DNA from: an uncultured Verrucomicrobiae bacterium
GTDB taxonomy: Bacteria; Verrucomicrobiota; Verrucomicrobiia; Limisphaerales; JAFGQR01
Assembly: GCA_963788655.1 (NCBI GenBank)
Contig: CAWBHS010000038.1
Span: 160,001 to 224,000, forward strand
Length of the DNA: 64,000 nucleotides
Reading direction: 5' to 3'
The translations under genes and the position numbers were made by a program. This document shows, piece by piece, positions 33,452 through 44,563 of this stretch; within the stretch, counting starts at the first letter, position 1, and each line of letters opens with the position of its first letter. A model generated the notes under the pieces. That model worked only from the letters and a program-made list of their open reading frames with translations. It was not told the origin of the DNA and did no database searches.

Positions 33452-33790
33452 ATGGAAAAGCAAACGAAAATGAAACGGAAATATCTCTTCCTGGCAGCAG
33501 CAGCGCTGCTCGTCGCCGGAGGATTGTGCCTCGTTCGGTCGGCCTGGCGCACGCAATCGTTCCCAAAATCGAGCACGGACGTCGGCCTTAAAATGCCACG
33601 CGACCAACCCCAGTCCAACCAGGTGCTCGGTTCTCCCGATTCGCGCCTGGGGATCGGCTCTGAAATGCCAGGCGGCCAACACGAGTCCGGCCAGATGCTC
33701 CGGCCTCCCAATCTGAATCGGCGGTTTCTGGACTTCACTCCGGAACAACGGGTCGAGTTCGCAAGACAGGGGCACGGCCCCGGAGGATGA
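33452..33790 (+). CDS. Small exported hypothetical protein
   Basis: Signal or TM segment KRKYLFLAAAALLVAGG, ending ...ARQGHGPGG. Confidence 0.6.
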   Translation: MEKQTKMKRKYLFLAAAALLVAGGLCLVRSAWRTQSFPKSSTDVGLKMPRDQPQSNQVLGSPDSRLGIGSEMPGGQHESGQMLRPPNLNRRFLDFTPEQRVEFARQGHGPGG

Positions 33791-33830
33791 GAAATATCTG
33801 CCTAACCCGACGACCACCAATGACTGAACT

Positions 33831-34601
33831 ATGACTCTGCTTATGAAAACATACCCTCTTGAGGCGAACTGCTGCGCAGGGAGACGCAACCGCCCGACCC
33901 GGTGTTACAACGCGCTCAAAAACAATCTGCGACGAGCTTTCGGATTCGGATTTCGGGCTTATTTCGATTTCGAAACTCGGATTTCGGACTTCCGACGCGC
34001 CATTACTCTCATTGAATTGCTTGTGGTGATCGCCATCATTGCCATTCTGGCGGGCCTGTTGCTGCCCGCTTTGGGCCGTGCGAAAGCCAGAGCCTACAAC
34101 GCGGCTTGCGCGAACAATCTTCGGCAACTGGGGATTGCCACCCGTCTTTATTCTGATGACCACCAGGAGCGCTTGCCGAGTGCGGAGATCCTTCCCACGC
34201 TGCCCATCGATCCCCAAAATCCGTTACCACGTATCTGCGATGTCCTGGCGCGTTACGTTGGCCGAACCACTGGCACCACCCCAAACAGTGCAACGGCCTT
34301 CAAATGCCCGGCCGATCAACGGGGTAGGTTCACCGCCGAAGGATCGAGTTACGAATGGAATGCCGAGCTGAACGGGCATCGCATTGATGAAACTCGAACC
34401 GATAGCGCCTTCCTTTTATTGCAACCGGGGAACCTCTCCGGCGGAATTACAAACTTCGTCCTAACGTTTCCTCCAGGAACGACTCCGCTCTTTCTCGATT
34501 ATGACGAGTTTCACCCTCGTCCACCCGAATCCGGCAAGAACGTTGTCTTTATGGACGGGCACGTGGCACCTCTGGAAGCCATTCGCCACGACTCCGAGTA
34601 A
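33831..34601 (+). CDS. Prepilin-type N-methylation / H-X9-DG domain protein
   Basis: [38 protein letters not shown], and H...NVVFMDGHV. Confidence 0.9.
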   Translation: MTLLMKTYPLEANCCAGRRNRPTRCYNALKNNLRRAFGFGFRAYFDFETRISDFRRAITLIELLVVIAIIAILAGLLLPALGRAKARAYNAACANNLRQLGIATRLYSDDHQERLPSAEILPTLPIDPQNPLPRICDVLARYVGRTTGTTPNSATAFKCPADQRGRFTAEGSSYEWNAELNGHRIDETRTDSAFLLLQPGNLSGGITNFVLTFPPGTTPLFLDYDEFHPRPPESGKNVVFMDGHVAPLEAIRHDSE

Positions 34602-34693
34602 AGGCCGAGGCCAGCAACGCCAGCATTAGTGCAGAACACAAGTCGCGTTTTTGGAGTTTCAAGAGATTCCGGCGTGCGACATCAGGACGCGAC

Positions 34694-34988
34694 GTGTATG
34701 TATGTGGCCTGAGCAATCTCGATTCAATCGCCGTCATCTGGCTGGCCGCTTTCAACCTGGCGGCATTCGGCGCATATGCTTTCGACAAATGGTGCGCCAA
34801 ACGGTCTGACGCGTCGAGTCCCCGAAACCCTGTTAGTGATGCTGGGTGCCCTGGGAGGATGGCCCGGCGGGGCCCTCGCCATGAGTCTGTTTCGTCACAA
34901 GACGGCCAAGTGGTCGTTTAAGCTCAAGTATGCCCTCGGATTGATTCCTTTTACCGCCGCCATCTGGCTCTGGCTCCGCTGGCGCTGA
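34694..34988 (+). CDS. DUF1294-family membrane protein, frameshifted
   Basis: FGAYAFDK, then RRVPETLL..LGGWPGG....FRHKTAK. Confidence 0.8.
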
Positions 34989-35100
34989 TTCCCATCTCAT
35001 CAAAGAACAAACACCTCGGGGTGAAACATCAAGCGTGAAGCGTGAATACACACCGCCGCTTCTACGACTTTTCACGCATCACGTTTCACGCATCAATTTT

Positions 35101-35283
35101 ATGAGCAATGTTCTGAACCAGACGATTGTGCTGGTGTTGAACCGCAATTGGCAGGCGATCAACATTCGCACGCCGCAGGACGCGTTCTGTCAGATGGCGA
35201 CGAACGTGGCCACGGGCCTGGACATTGAAAGCGAGGCTTGCATCCGTCCCGTCACTTGGGATGCAACTTATTCACCTAATTGA
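35101..35283 (+). pseudogene. HNH endonuclease, N-terminal fragment
   Basis: VLVLNRNWQAIN is typical of McrA-like HNH N-termini; truncated before the HNH motif. Confidence 0.65.
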
Positions 35284-35330
35284 CATTTGTTTTACAAGCG
35301 GCGGTATCCGGTTCATCCTGCCGTAGTATT

Positions 35331-36566
35331 ATGACATCACGCGAACGAGTTCTGACCGCATTAAACCACCAGCCGCCGGATCGCATTCCCATTGATCTCT
35401 CCGGACACCGTTCCTCCGGTATTGCGGCGATTGCGTATGCCCGGCTGCGCGATTACCTCGGGCTGCCCCCAAAGCCCATCCGCGTTTACGATCCGGTCCA
35501 GCAACTGGCCATCGTGGACGAGGACGTGCTCGCGCGTTTCCGGGTGGACACCATCGAATTAGGGCGGGCGTTTGCTCTGGAAGACAAGCATTGGGCCGAC
35601 TGGGTGTTGCCGGACGGCACGCCTTGCCAGATGCCGGTCTGGGCATTGCCGCAACAGGAAAACGGCGGTTGGGTGCTGCGTTCGCCCAGCGGACGCGTGG
35701 TCGCGCAGATGCCGGAAGGCGTGCTCTACTTCGAGCAAACATATTATCCCTTCGCGGAGCAGGATGATTTGGATCGGATCGAGGAATTGTTCGACGAAGG
35801 AATGTGGACCGGCGTCAAGTCGCCCCCCGGACCGCTGGTTGCCGGACCGGACGGCGCCAAGACCTTGGCTGCGGGCGCCCAACGGCTGCGTGAACAAACC
35901 GACCGCGCCATCCTGGGATTATTCGGCGGCAATCTACTGGAGATGGGCCAGTTCTTTTATCGCAACGACAACTTTCTGATGCTGCTGGCGGGCGATCCCC
36001 AACGCGCCCACGCGTTCCTGGACAAGGTGGTTGAAATCCATCTCCGCAACCTCGACTGGTTCCTCGGCGCGGTGGGACCTTACATCGACATCATTCTATT
36101 TGGCGACGATCTCGGCATGCAGAAGGGTCCCCAAATCTCGCCGAAAATGTACCGCGAGTTTTTCCAGCCGCGGGAAAGAATCCTTTGGCAGCGGGCCAAG
36201 GAACTGGCGCCCAAGGTCAAGATTCAACTCCATTGCTGCGGCGGCGTGCGCGAGCTGTTGGACGGGCTTATCGAAGCGGGTTTGGAAGCCATCAACCCGG
36301 TGCAAATTACTTGCAAAGGGATGGACCCGGCCGGACTGAAAAAGGATTTTGGCAAACGCCTCACCTTCTGGGGTGGCGGTTGTGACACTCGCGATATTCT
36401 CAGCCAGGGCACCCCGCAACAGGTGCGGGACCACGTGCGGCAGTTGTTGGAGATTTGGGCGCCTGGCGGCGGATACGTCTTCCAACAGGTGCATAACATC
36501 CTGGCCGATGCGTCGCCGGCCAATGTCGTGGCGATGTATGACGCGGTGAATGAGTTCGCCGGTTAA
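35331..36566 (+). CDS. Uroporphyrinogen-decarboxylase-family (MtaA/CmuA-like) protein
   Basis: MTSRERV..PDRIP, GDDLGMQ, HCCG, INPVQ, FWGGGCDT, GGYVFQQVHNI. Confidence 0.88.
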   Translation: MTSRERVLTALNHQPPDRIPIDLSGHRSSGIAAIAYARLRDYLGLPPKPIRVYDPVQQLAIVDEDVLARFRVDTIELGRAFALEDKHWADWVLPDGTPCQMPVWALPQQENGGWVLRSPSGRVVAQMPEGVLYFEQTYYPFAEQDDLDRIEELFDEGMWTGVKSPPGPLVAGPDGAKTLAAGAQRLREQTDRAILGLFGGNLLEMGQFFYRNDNFLMLLAGDPQRAHAFLDKVVEIHLRNLDWFLGAVGPYIDIILFGDDLGMQKGPQISPKMYREFFQPRERILWQRAKELAPKVKIQLHCCGGVRELLDGLIEAGLEAINPVQITCKGMDPAGLKKDFGKRLTFWGGGCDTRDILSQGTPQQVRDHVRQLLEIWAPGGGYVFQQVHNILADASPANVVAMYDAVNEFAG

Positions 36567-37185
36567 CACCGCGGCCGGTTCGCTTTCACTGGGTGTCGTC
36601 ATCCTGGCGGCGGGGGCCAGTCAGCGTATGGGGCGACCGAAACTGCTGCTGCCGTGGGGCGGCACTTCCGTGCTGGGGCATTTGCTGAGTCAGTGGCAGC
36701 AACTCGGGGCCGCGCAAATCGCCGTGGTGTGCGCCCAAGGGAACACGGCTTTGGATACTGAATTGGATCGCCTGCAATTCCCTGTCTCGGGTCGCATTGT
36801 AAATCCCCATCCCGAACAAGGGATGTTCAGTTCCATCCGTTGCGCGGCGGGCTGGAGCGGTTGGCGGTCCGAGTTGAACTTAACGCATTGGGCCATCGTG
36901 TTGGGCGACCAACCGCACTTGCAGCCGGCAACCTTGCGCAAGTTGCTCGAGTTGGTTGCCGCGCATCCGGAAAACATTTGTCAACCCAGCCGGAACGGAC
37001 GCGGTCGGCATCCAGTGGTGTTGCCGAAGCGGGTCTTCCAACAACTGCCGGATGCCCCGGAATCAAACCTCAAGCAATTCCTTGGACGTTGGGCGTCCCT
37101 CGTGGCCCGCTGCGAACAGGACGATCCGGGATTGGACCTCGATCTGGACATGCCCGCGGATTACGAACGCGCCCGGCGATTGTGA
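36550..37185 (+). CDS. MocA/YgfJ-like nucleotidyltransferase
   Basis: ILAAGASQRMGRPKLLL, GMFSSI, LGDQP, GHP-like RHPV, DLDMPADY. Confidence 0.85.
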   Translation: MSSPVNTAAGSLSLGVVILAAGASQRMGRPKLLLPWGGTSVLGHLLSQWQQLGAAQIAVVCAQGNTALDTELDRLQFPVSGRIVNPHPEQGMFSSIRCAAGWSGWRSELNLTHWAIVLGDQPHLQPATLRKLLELVAAHPENICQPSRNGRGRHPVVLPKRVFQQLPDAPESNLKQFLGRWASLVARCEQDDPGLDLDLDMPADYERARRL

Positions 37186-37383
37186 TTCGGTGGGCGGACT
37201 GAATTGTACGGACTTTGAGGTGGCCAGAGCCTGTGTCACTTTGAGCACCCTCATGGTTCCTACAGATGCCAAGCCAATCCAAAGCCAACATCCAGCCGGC
37301 TTTGAATGAGCACTCCTCCACTGCAAGAGTGAACAGGTCAGGCTGCTTACAGACGATACTCTCCATTTCGAGACGAAGGATTC

Positions 37384-38178
37384 CTATTGCTTGGGGGCCG
37401 CCCATGCTACGGCGTTGCGCATGATTTGCCGGACCTCGGGGCGGAAGAAATCGTTGTAGGTTTCGTGGCCGGGTGTGAAGTAGAAGACCCGCCCCTTGCC
37501 CACAGTCCAGCAGAGACCCATTCGACCCGTTTGCGTCTGGCCGTTGGGCTTGGTGTAGATGCCGTCCAAGGGCACCGCTTCCGGTTCCGGCACGGCAAAC
37601 GGTTCGCCATAGCGTTCAATCTTCGGCAACTCAAAATCTTTCACGCCTTGGACAATCGGGTGATTGGGTTCCTTGATAATGATCTTCACCGAGGTGCCAT
37701 CGGCCTGGTATTCGCGCCAACTGCACCGCGTGCCCATCAGTCGCTTATATGGCTTGGCAAAATGCGACGAGTGGAGCGCGATGAATCCCATGCCGTCCTG
37801 TTTCACCCGGCGCTCGATGCGGTCCACGAGACCGTTCTTCACGTCGCCGTGCTTCTGGTGCCCCCACCACATCAGCACATCCGTCGCATTCAGCCGTTCG
37901 TCATTCAGCCCTTGATCGGGATCGTTGAGGCTGGCAGTGATGACTTCCCAGCCTTCCAGGCTTTTGAAGCCCTCGGCGATGGCACCGCTGATGTCGTGCG
38001 GATACGTGTCCTTGGGCGCGGTGCCTTCGGTCCAGATCACAACCCGGCGTTGGCCGGTCGCGGCATGGAGCGCGGAGGGTAACAGCAAGGTGCCGACCGC
38101 GGCGGCACTGAGGCCAAGCATGCGGCGACGGGAAATGGGTAAGGTGGCTGAATTGTCGGTAAGAGTAGTTGATTTCAT
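37384..38178 (-). CDS. ThuA-like (trehalose utilisation) domain protein with a Tat signal
   Basis: SRRRML twin-arginine; DVLMWWGH, ALHSSHFAK, FYFTPGHETY. Confidence 0.88.
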   Translation of the reverse strand: MKSTTLTDNSATLPISRRRMLGLSAAAVGTLLLPSALHAATGQRRVVIWTEGTAPKDTYPHDISGAIAEGFKSLEGWEVITASLNDPDQGLNDERLNATDVLMWWGHQKHGDVKNGLVDRIERRVKQDGMGFIALHSSHFAKPYKRLMGTRCSWREYQADGTSVKIIIKEPNHPIVQGVKDFELPKIERYGEPFAVPEPEAVPLDGIYTKPNGQTQTGRMGLCWTVGKGRVFYFTPGHETYNDFFRPEVRQIMRNAVAWAAPKQ

Positions 38179-38370
38179 GCGTGGATGGTTGAGACACCAA
38201 AGATGGGAATCAAGGAGGAAATGCGGTTGGAGAGGTTAAAGGTTGAAAGGTTAAAGATTTGATGCGGAAGAAATGTTGAAATGCCAGCGAACGTCTTCTT
38301 CCGCTTCAATCTTTCAATCCTTCAACGGGTTTGCGCCTATCGTGCTCCCGAGTCAAAACAGCATTGCCAA

Positions 38371-38970
38371 CTACACCGACTTCTTCCGCTTCCGTTTGGG
38401 CTTGAACAGTTCGAGCTGGGGCTCGCGGATGAAATCGTAATTCTTCAAAATGCGAATCATCTGGAGCAGGTCAGATTTCTGGTAATTGCGGTTCACCTCG
38501 ATTTGCGCAATCAGGTCGGCCAGCAACGTGCGAAAGGGAATCACCGCGTCCACCCCTTTGGCGCGCAGCAGTTCGAAGCTCTGCTGCCGGGCTTCTTCCT
38601 GCGCCGGCAGGGCCGGCACCACGAGCAATTTGGTCAGCGGGCCATCCGCGCCAAACGAACGTTTGGCGTGTTCGAAAATCGCCGGCTCCAAAAAACGGAA
38701 GATCTCCGGAGTGTTGGCCATCAGGCTGGCCCCGAACGTGTCCGTGTGCCAGCCCTTCACCACGACCACGGCGCGCGCGATGTGCCGCAAATCGGGCGAG
38801 GTCAACACGACGGGCAGGTCAGTGGTGGGTTCCGCCAACGGGTTGAGCACATAGAAATCAATCTCATCTACGTCGGCTCGGCCACGGGGGATGTACTTGC
38901 GCTGTTGCCGGACGAAAAAGCCGTGCAGCTCGAAATACTCGCGGACGATGGTTTCACTGACGGCAGCCAT
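38371..38970 (-). CDS. Conserved hypothetical protein (nuclease-like fold possible)
   Basis: VREYFELHGFFV, DEIDF, VKGWH; co-oriented just downstream of aroB. Confidence 0.7.
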   Translation of the reverse strand: MAAVSETIVREYFELHGFFVRQQRKYIPRGRADVDEIDFYVLNPLAEPTTDLPVVLTSPDLRHIARAVVVVKGWHTDTFGASLMANTPEIFRFLEPAIFEHAKRSFGADGPLTKLLVVPALPAQEEARQQSFELLRAKGVDAVIPFRTLLADLIAQIEVNRNYQKSDLLQMIRILKNYDFIREPQLELFKPKRKRKKSV

Positions 38971-38975
38971 AGAGC

Positions 38976-40076
38976 TTAGCGAGGAGTTGAGGATTGTTGG
39001 TCGAGCGATTGCGCCACGAGATCTTCCGGCACTTTTTGGCCCCATACGACCTGGCCAATTCGCTTCGCCAGCACGAACTTGATTTCACCGCCGCTGACTT
39101 TCTTGTCGAGGCGCATGGCGGCGAACAATCGCTTCCGTTGGCCGGTGTTCAGGTTAATTCGTGTGGGCAGACCGGCTCGTTCGAACAAGGCGCGAATCCG
39201 TTGCCCATCCTTGTCAGGCAATCCCATCAACTGCGCGGACAACCACGCCGCGGCGACCTGCCCGATGGCAATGGCTTCGCCGTGCAGGTATTTGCCGTAG
39301 CCGGAAATCGCTTCGATGCCGTGCCCAATCGTGTGCCCGAAATTCAAAATGGCGCGCAGCCCGCCCTCCTTTTCGTCCTGCCCCACCACGGCCGCCTTGA
39401 TGGCGCAACAGCGGGCGATCACTGCCGCCAGCCGCGACGGGTCAAGCTTCAGCAACTGTGGCAACTCACGTTCCAAGCGGCGGAACAAGGCCGCGTCGTA
39501 AATGATGCCGTATTTGATGACTTCCGCCATTCCGGCGCGAAATTCGCGAGGGGGCAGGGTGGTCAACGTGCCCAGATCGCACAGCACGATCCGCGGCTGA
39601 TAAAAGGCGCCGACCAGATTCTTGCCGGCTTTGAGATTGACGCCCACTTTGCCGCCCACGGAACTGTCCACCTGGGCCAACAGAGTGGTGGGTACCTGAA
39701 CAAAAGCAACACCGCGCAAATACGTGGCCGCTACGAAACCCGCCAAATCCCCCACCACGCCGCCCCCCAGCGCGATGATGAACGATTGGCGCTCGAGTCG
39801 ATGGCGGGCCAGGTGGTCATAGCAAGCTTGCACATTCTGCAAACGCTTGGCTTTTTCTCCGGCGGTCACCGTGATCAGGGTCGGATCGAAACCCGCGGCA
39901 GCCAGACTGTCCAATGCCGTGCGGGCATACCGAGTCGTCACGTTACTGTCGGAAATTACCGCGCACCGTTTGCCCAGGCCAAGCCGCCCACATTCTGTCC
40001 CCAAGCGCGGCAGCAAGCCGGTTCCAATCCGGATGGCATAGCTCCGTTCGCCCAGGGGTACACTGACATTACGCAT
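38976..40076 (-). CDS. aroB: 3-dehydroquinate synthase
   Basis: GEKAK, ALGGGVVGDLAGF, PTTLLAQVDSSVGGK, KNLVGAFYQP, LNFGHTIGH, LHGEA. Confidence 0.97.
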   Translation of the reverse strand: MRNVSVPLGERSYAIRIGTGLLPRLGTECGRLGLGKRCAVISDSNVTTRYARTALDSLAAAGFDPTLITVTAGEKAKRLQNVQACYDHLARHRLERQSFIIALGGGVVGDLAGFVAATYLRGVAFVQVPTTLLAQVDSSVGGKVGVNLKAGKNLVGAFYQPRIVLCDLGTLTTLPPREFRAGMAEVIKYGIIYDAALFRRLERELPQLLKLDPSRLAAVIARCCAIKAAVVGQDEKEGGLRAILNFGHTIGHGIEAISGYGKYLHGEAIAIGQVAAAWLSAQLMGLPDKDGQRIRALFERAGLPTRINLNTGQRKRLFAAMRLDKKVSGGEIKFVLAKRIGQVVWGQKVPEDLVAQSLDQQSSTPR

Positions 40077-40338
40077 GGCCGAAGCATAGGAATGCACCCC
40101 CCGCAGCGCAACGCGCAAAGCGCGCCGCCGCATTACAGCGTAGGATAGGCGTCCCGCCTGTCCCGAACTGGCCAACGACATTCAATCACATCTGTAACGT
40201 CCAATAAACAGTGGGCATCTGGTGGACGTTCGGGACAGCCGGGACGGCTGTCCTACGTAGGCGCGACGTTCGGAAGCCAGCGGGAATTTCCCTTCCTTTT
40301 CCATGGAGCGTTTCCTTGTTTTCGCTATAACTCTCCGC

Positions 40339-43300
40339 ATGACTTATTTGCCTGCACATCGCAAGGTACTGCCCTCCCGGAGCATCCACCTCCAATCCTT
40401 GCTGGCCTTGTTGCTGTGTCTCGGTTGCCTCGGCCCGCTGGGTGTCAATATGCCGATCGGTAAAGCTGCGGAAGCGCAAGCCCCCCTGGATCAAGATTCC
40501 ATGAACGCCGAAGAAAAAGCTCAGCCCGCTGCCGAATCAACCCAACGCCGGCTGAGGTCACATCGCTCCGCCTGATCCCTTTTCCCAAGGAGGTGCAGCG
40601 GACTGAAGGCAGTTTCGCGATGAAGATCGCCCAAGTCCTCTCGATCACCGGACCTGCCTTCGCAAAGTCCGGCGACCTCGTCCGTCAAGAAATGGAGCGA
40701 GTGGGGCTAACCACCCCCCTCTTAGTTCAATGGACCGACGCCGACCGGCCGGCGTTGCGACTGGCTGCCGCGACGGGCGGCAAAGTGCTGGATGTCAACC
40801 TGCCTGCCACGGGAACGGAGGAAGGGTACGCCCTGGCTGTGGAGCCTGACGCGATCCGCATCGTGGCAGCGACCGAAGCCGGATTGTTCCACGGCATTGA
40901 AACCCTTTGCCAACTCATCCGGGCCAATCGGGAAGGGAATCGCATTCCGTGCCTGACCATTCGCGACTGGCCATCCCTCCGCTGGCGCTGTTTCCAGGAC
41001 GACCTGACGCGCGGCCCCAGCACCAGGCCCGACGTGTTGCTGCGCCAGCTTGAACTGGGCGCCTTCTTCAAACACAATCTCTTCACCTACTACATGGAAT
41101 ATCAATATGCCTGGAAGAAACACCCCTCGCTCGGTCCGCCGGATGGCTCCTTGTCCCCGGAGGCACTGAAATGGTTGGTGGAGTATGGCCGTGACGTTCA
41201 CGTGGACATCCTGGGGAACCAACAATCGTTTGGCCACTTTGGCCGCATTCTCCAGCATCCGGAATACGCCCCGCTTCGCGAGACGGCCGATGTGTTGTGC
41301 CCGGTCCAGGAGGGGAGCTATCAGCTTCTGGACGATCTTTATTCGGAAGTCGTGCCGCTGCTGCCGCTACCCTTCTTCAACGTGTGTTGCGACGAAACCT
41401 ACGGCCTGGGCGAAGGACCGTCGAAAGATCTCGCTCGTCAAATCGGTGTCGGCGGAGTCTATGCCCGTCACCTGCGGCGCATTCATGACCTGCTGAAAGA
41501 CAAATATGGCAAACGAATGATGATGTGGGGCGACATCATTTTGCAGCATCCCGATCACCTGAAGGAGATCCCCAAGGACACGATCATGCTCACTTGGGGT
41601 TACGATCCGCGAAAGAGCTTCGAGGGACAAATCCTTCCCTTCGCGCAATCGGGCTACGACTTCTTTGTGTGTCCCGGCGTAAATAATTGGAGCCGTATTC
41701 TGCCCGATTTTGGTGCCACCCTGGTCAACATTCGCAACTTCGTCCGCGACGGCGTGAAGCACGGCGCGCTGGGCATGCTCAACACGGCCTGGGATGATGA
41801 CGGCGAGAATTTCAACGCCCCGAGTTGGCACGGTTACGCGTGGGGCGCCGAGTGCGCCTGGAACGCCTCCACCACCACGCCCGACAACTTCAACCGCCGG
41901 ATTGGCGCCGTGCTGTTCGGGGAACCTGGCGACCATTTCGGACAGGCGATTGAGTTGCTGGCCCAGACTCATCGTTTGCCGGGCATGCGCGGCATGAACA
42001 ACGCGCGTTTTTGGCAACTCGACCTCGAGGCTCCGCCAGCCAATGTCGCGACTGCCACGCGGTTGCTCGCGCTCGTTCGACCCGCGATCGACCATCTGCT
42101 GGCCTGTCAGCACGAAGCCACCGCCAATGCCGATCTGCTGGACTATTTCCTGTTTGGCGCCCGGCGGATGGAGCAGATTGGGCAACGAATTCTCGACACC
42201 ATCGAGGCCGCCAAAGCGTACCAGGATGCGGGCGAACTGCCACCGGCGCAGGCTGGATTGCATGTCGAGAAAGCTGTTGCGATCATTCAAAAACTTCGTG
42301 ATGCCCACGCCGCGCTCGGTCGGCAATTTACGCAGTTGTGGCTTGGAGAGAATAATCCTTACGCGCTCGACTGGACCATGCGCCGCTACGAGAAGGCCGT
42401 GTCCACTTACCAGGCGCTGCTCACGCGGCTCGCTGCGGCAAGAGTGGCCGCATACTCCGGTAAGGCCATTCCCACAGCACACGAAATCGGATTGGAAGAT
42501 GCGGAACCCGGTGCGCGGCGCACCCACCCGGACCGAGTGGTGCCAACGCTGCTGCAACCTGATGCGCCGTGGCTCGAGCCACAGGCCAGTCACCGCCTGG
42601 GACTGGAGATTGCCGCCGGAGCAATTGAGCGCGCCGAACTGCCGGTGGAGGTCGATCTAAAATTGCCTGCTGAACTGGCGACCAAACCCATCCGCGCCTT
42701 TCGCCGGATGGCCGGCAATGAGGCGCAGGAAGTGCCAGCCCAACTCGACCTGGTTGGCGAGACCAAACAACCGCGGCTTGTGCTCATGCTGCGCGATCCG
42801 TTGGCAAAGGATACATGCACGGTGGTTGATGTTTACCTGGGGCTGCCCGCGTCCCCCAAACCGTTGCCCGAATCGGTCTCAACCGCTGACGCGCCGAACG
42901 GAATGAAGTGGCTGGAAAATGACCAGGTGCGGCTGCTCCTTGGTCCGGAAGGCGCCCACCTTTACCGCTGGGACGTCAAGCCGCTGAACCATCGCGACCT
43001 GACGATGCCGGGCGAGACTTCGTGGTTCGGGTTTGCCGACCTTGGTGGCGAATGGCGCTCGACTCCCAACACGCTGGTGGCCATCCCCCGTGGACCTGCC
43101 CTCGTGCGCTATCGTTGCACCGACCAATTCGGCACCGAAAAGACGGTCAGCCTGTTTGCCGGTGCCTCCTGGGCGGAAGTTACGTTGAATGAAAATGTCG
43201 CGTACTTTTGGGCATTGGATGATCCGCAGAACTTTGCCGCCGACGGCCCCACGCCCGGCCGCTACCTGTTCTCCACTGGTGCTGCCGGGGCAGTGGGCCG

Positions 43301-43610
43301 CGCAGCGGATGGCGTCGCGGCGCAGGTCAAGGCCGACCGTGCGGAGTGGAGTGTCAAGTACTTGCCCGGCAAATTGGCGTTGGGTTTGGCCACGCCGGGC
43401 ACGCTTACTCGCCACGTTCTGGCGCCGGGGGGAGGGGCAGGCGGCGTGGGCATTGAAGGTGGGCCGGGGGCTAGTCATTTCGTCATCTACGGCGGCCCGC
43501 TCGGAGCCGAACTGGCAGTGCTGATGAACCGACTAATCCGGACGCTGGATTTCCGAAAACCGGTGACAGTAAGCGTCCATGGACTTCAGAGCAATCCGGC
43601 CAACCGGTAA
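40339..43610 (+). CDS. GH20 beta-N-acetylhexosaminidase-like multidomain protein, frameshift near 40555
   Basis: Signal in the 40339 frame; LIPFPKEV, EEGYAL, IRDWPSLRWR, QSFGH, CCDE catalytic pair, MMMWGD, TAWDDDG. Confidence 0.85.
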
Positions 43611-43679
43611 AAGTTGTTAAAAGAAAATGGCGACGGTGACGCGTCAGAGAGTTACGGGTGGCCTCCAACAATCGCGCAG

Positions 43680-43808
43680 CGTTTGGAGTGCGTGGCACTT
43701 GCTCCCGCTTTCGTTCGCTGCGGAACGGGCCAAGGCCAAACTAACAAGCGCGTGATTTTGACCGTCATTCCTGTCGGAAAAGCGCCGGCAAGCTCCGCGC
43801 ACTGAAAC
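43680..43808. repeat. Degenerate TTGGAGTGCG-type REP-like palindrome
   Basis: cgtttggagtgcg...cccgctttc ... aaagcg...cgcgcactgaaa; related to 49354-49430. Confidence 0.5.
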
Positions 43809-43814
43809 CCGGCA

Positions 43815-43945
43815 GCGATTGGTGGCCGACTTGGATCAAAATCATCCCGCGTGGGCCGTGCTTTATCAGGTGGACGACCTCTATGGCTACCTCGGCACGG
43901 CGGACGTGCTGGGCACCGATCCATATCCCATTCCCAAGCGTTCCG
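43815..43945 (+). pseudogene. Fragment of a glycoside-hydrolase-like gene
   Basis: LDQNHPAWAVLYQ...ADVLGTDPYPIP. Confidence 0.45.
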
Positions 43946-44068
43946 TGCGGCACCAGAGGGTGAGGTTCAAACCAAACACGAGGCTTGCGCCGAGGACATG
44001 GTGTCACTCTTTGTGCCACGCCACCTCGTTGCGGCCCACCCTCAATTGGAGCTCGGGAAAAAGAAAAG

Positions 44069-44097
44069 TTGACAGTGTGGCCGCATGAGGCCACATT
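44069..44097 (+). promoter_or_regulatory. Sigma70 promoter with an overlapping operator palindrome (TA autoregulation)
   Basis: TTGACA at 44069-44074, 17-bp spacer, weak -10 CACATT; inverted repeat tgtggcc-N6-ggccaca. Confidence 0.65.
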
Positions 44098-44140
44098 ACC
44101 TCGCGTGAAACGGAAACTGACCAAATATCCGGGGCCAAAA

Positions 44141-44428
44141 ATGAAAACGGAAGCCTTGAAAGAAGCCGCCTTGGCCAGAGAACCACCACGTCAATTGGTG
44201 AATGTCCGAGCCGCCAAAGACCAGTTGTCCAGTCTGCTGGAACAGGCCGCCAGGGGAAATGAGGTCATCATCACCAGCGACGGCGTGCCCAAAGCCAAAC
44301 TGGTGCCGTTCTTGGCGGCCCGGAAACCATTTCGGGTGGATTGGGAACACCTGCGCGCCCTGAAGCCGAAGGCTGGCGGAAAGTCCGCCGCAGAACTGGT
44401 CCGCGAAGATCGTGATGGCCGTGACTAG
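44141..44428 (+). CDS. Phd/YefM-family antitoxin
   Basis: VNVRAAKDQLSSLLEQAARGNEVIITSDGVPKAKLVP. Confidence 0.88.
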   Translation: MKTEALKEAALAREPPRQLVNVRAAKDQLSSLLEQAARGNEVIITSDGVPKAKLVPFLAARKPFRVDWEHLRALKPKAGGKSAAELVREDRDGRD

Positions 44429-44563
44429 CTGCAGCGAAGTCGGTGTGCCGAAGTGGCGGAGCGTCGTGCTTCGCCACTACCCGCATCAACACCTATCACA
44501 CTTTTCCTGGCGACTCACGGCACCGCTTCACTCCGTTTAGCCTTTCAACCCTTCACCTCGTTT

